From the NCBI GenBank assembly GCA_965224085.1, contig CBDCYI010000004.1:384001-448000 (forward strand): a stretch of 64,000 nt of DNA. The letters are read 5' to 3'. The notes under the pieces are model-generated. The model was not told the origin of the DNA, did no database searches, and was given only the letters and a program-made list of their open reading frames with translations. Shown in pieces: positions 62,737-64,000 of this stretch. Source of the stretch: Candidatus Marinacidobacterales bacterium (GTDB lineage Bacteria; Acidobacteriota; Vicinamibacteria; Marinacidobacterales; SMYC01). Each line of letters begins with the position of its first letter. Positions within the stretch are counted from its first letter, which is position 1. The position numbers and the translations under genes are program-made.

Positions 62737-62957
62737 ACCCGGGCGCGATGCAGATGGATTTCTTCATCCGCAGCCCGGAGAACGACGAGCGCAACAACCA
62801 GGGGCGCAAAGTGTTCGACCACTTCTTCGCCATGGAAGTAGGTGTGCTCGTGTCGAGAATAGGCTTCGTCGTAGCTCTCTGGCTCATCTTCACCGCGTCT
62901 ACGCGCAGGAGCCGCCGCCACCGTTACATGAAGGCGTCGTCATCGCACGGGACGTGA
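62733..62957 (+). CDS. Small membrane protein or remnant
   Basis: 74-aa ORF with one hydrophobic helix, overlapping its neighbours. Confidence 0.35.
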   Translation: MNPGAMQMDFFIRSPENDERNNQGRKVFDHFFAMEVGVLVSRIGFVVALWLIFTASTRRSRRHRYMKASSSHGT

Positions 62958-63877
62958 TGGTCCCGATGCGCGACGGCGTCCGCCTCGCCACGGACATCTA
63001 CCACCCCGCGAAGGACGGAACAGCCATTGCGGAACGCTTTCCTACCCTACTCTCGCGCACGCCTTACGGAAAAAAAGGAAGCGAAGAGACGGCCACCTTT
63101 CTCGCGAAGCGCGGCTACACGGTGGTCGTGCAGGACGTCCGGGGACGATTCGACTCCGAAGGTGACTTCTACATTTACCTCGACGAGGGCGAAGACGGCT
63201 ACGACACGGTCGAGTGGGCTGCGCACAAGCCTTGGAGCACGGGTGAAGTGGGCACCTTTGGCGGCTCCTACCTCGCAGCCACACAACACGCGCTCGCCGC
63301 CCTCCACCCTCCGAGCCTGCGAGCCATGTTCGTGAGCGTCAGCACCTCGAACTATCTCCAAGACGGCGCTGGCGCGGGTGGCGCTTTCGCGCTCCGCCAC
63401 AACCTCGCCTATGCTCTCAACCTCGCCAGCTCGAGCAAAGAGGCGGCTAAAGATCCCGCCCGCGCGCAAGCGCTGAAGCAGGCCCTCGAGCCAAAGAACC
63501 TGGAGCAATGGCTTCGCGCCTACCCTTACCGACCAAACGCCTCGCCCGTCGCGCCCATCTCGTCCTACCAGCAATTGTTCCAGGACTGGGTCGACCACGC
63601 CAGCTTCGACGACTATTGGAAGCAAAACGGCTACACGTTCGAGCTCTCCTACGACGACTACCCCGACATCCCCGTCTACCATGTCGGCGACTGGTACGAT
63701 ATTTTCTTGAGATGAACCCTCAACAATCACGCTGGCCTAGACGCGCGACACGAAAGCGACACGCGGCTCCTCATTGGCCCGTGGGAGCACGGCGTCGGTA
63801 CCCGCGTCACCGGAGACGTCGATTTCGCCGAAAGCGCCAAGGTCGACATGAAGCTAGAGCGCCTCCCTTGGTCTTAG
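62957..63877 (+). pseudogene. CocE/NonD (S15) hydrolase, frameshifted and truncated
   Basis: VPMRDGVRLATDIY, RTPY, QDVRGRFDSEG, GGSYLA, WYDIF, IGPWEH. Confidence 0.85.
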
Positions 63878-63913
63878 CGACGGCAGGGAGGCGCCCAAGC
63901 GCTAATCACCTCA

Positions 63914-64000
63914 TCAACGATGGAAGCGGTGCGCCATGTCCATGAGCTCCGCCCTCTGCTCCGCGCTGAGCGTTTGAGCGAGCGCGGTGATGGCCTCGCT
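63914..64000 (-). CDS. C-terminus of a possible Spy/CpxP-like protein
   Basis: ...AQTLSAEQRAELMDMAHRFHR*. Confidence 0.35.
   Translation of the reverse strand, partial: SEAITALAQTLSAEQRAELMDMAHRFHR

Overview
GC-rich bacterial chromosomal window. Gene content resembles Acidobacteriota, but that is inference only. It mixes intact metabolic genes with heavy decay and mobile DNA. From left to right: (1) long-chain acyl-CoA ligase, folK and a deoxynucleoside kinase; (2) a degraded surface-polysaccharide locus; (3) a 7.7-kb stack of two different ISNCY-type DDE elements, with the same hexamer TAGCTA at every intact junction; (4) a Ser/Thr kinase-DUF4388 gene bracketed by a 27-bp palindromic direct repeat, near a serine-recombinase remnant; (5) hydrolase/peptidase genes; (6) an ECF sigma-Ogt pair; (7) a form I aerobic CO dehydrogenase cluster (coxMSL, AYRCSFR motif); (8) two IS200-type tnpA elements around a proline-racemase-family gene, plus a non-autonomous hairpin-rich relative, all three at a TTAG target; (9) an itaconate/methylsuccinate-like catabolic trio containing a small insertion; (10) a RAYT-like HUH element. 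Several genes survive only as an N-terminus fused to a C-terminus (deletion scars). Many single-base frameshifts could be sequencing errors, but in-frame stops and deletions indicate real decay. I recognised no rRNA, tRNA or CRISPR array. Family names come from motif recognition; no database search was run.
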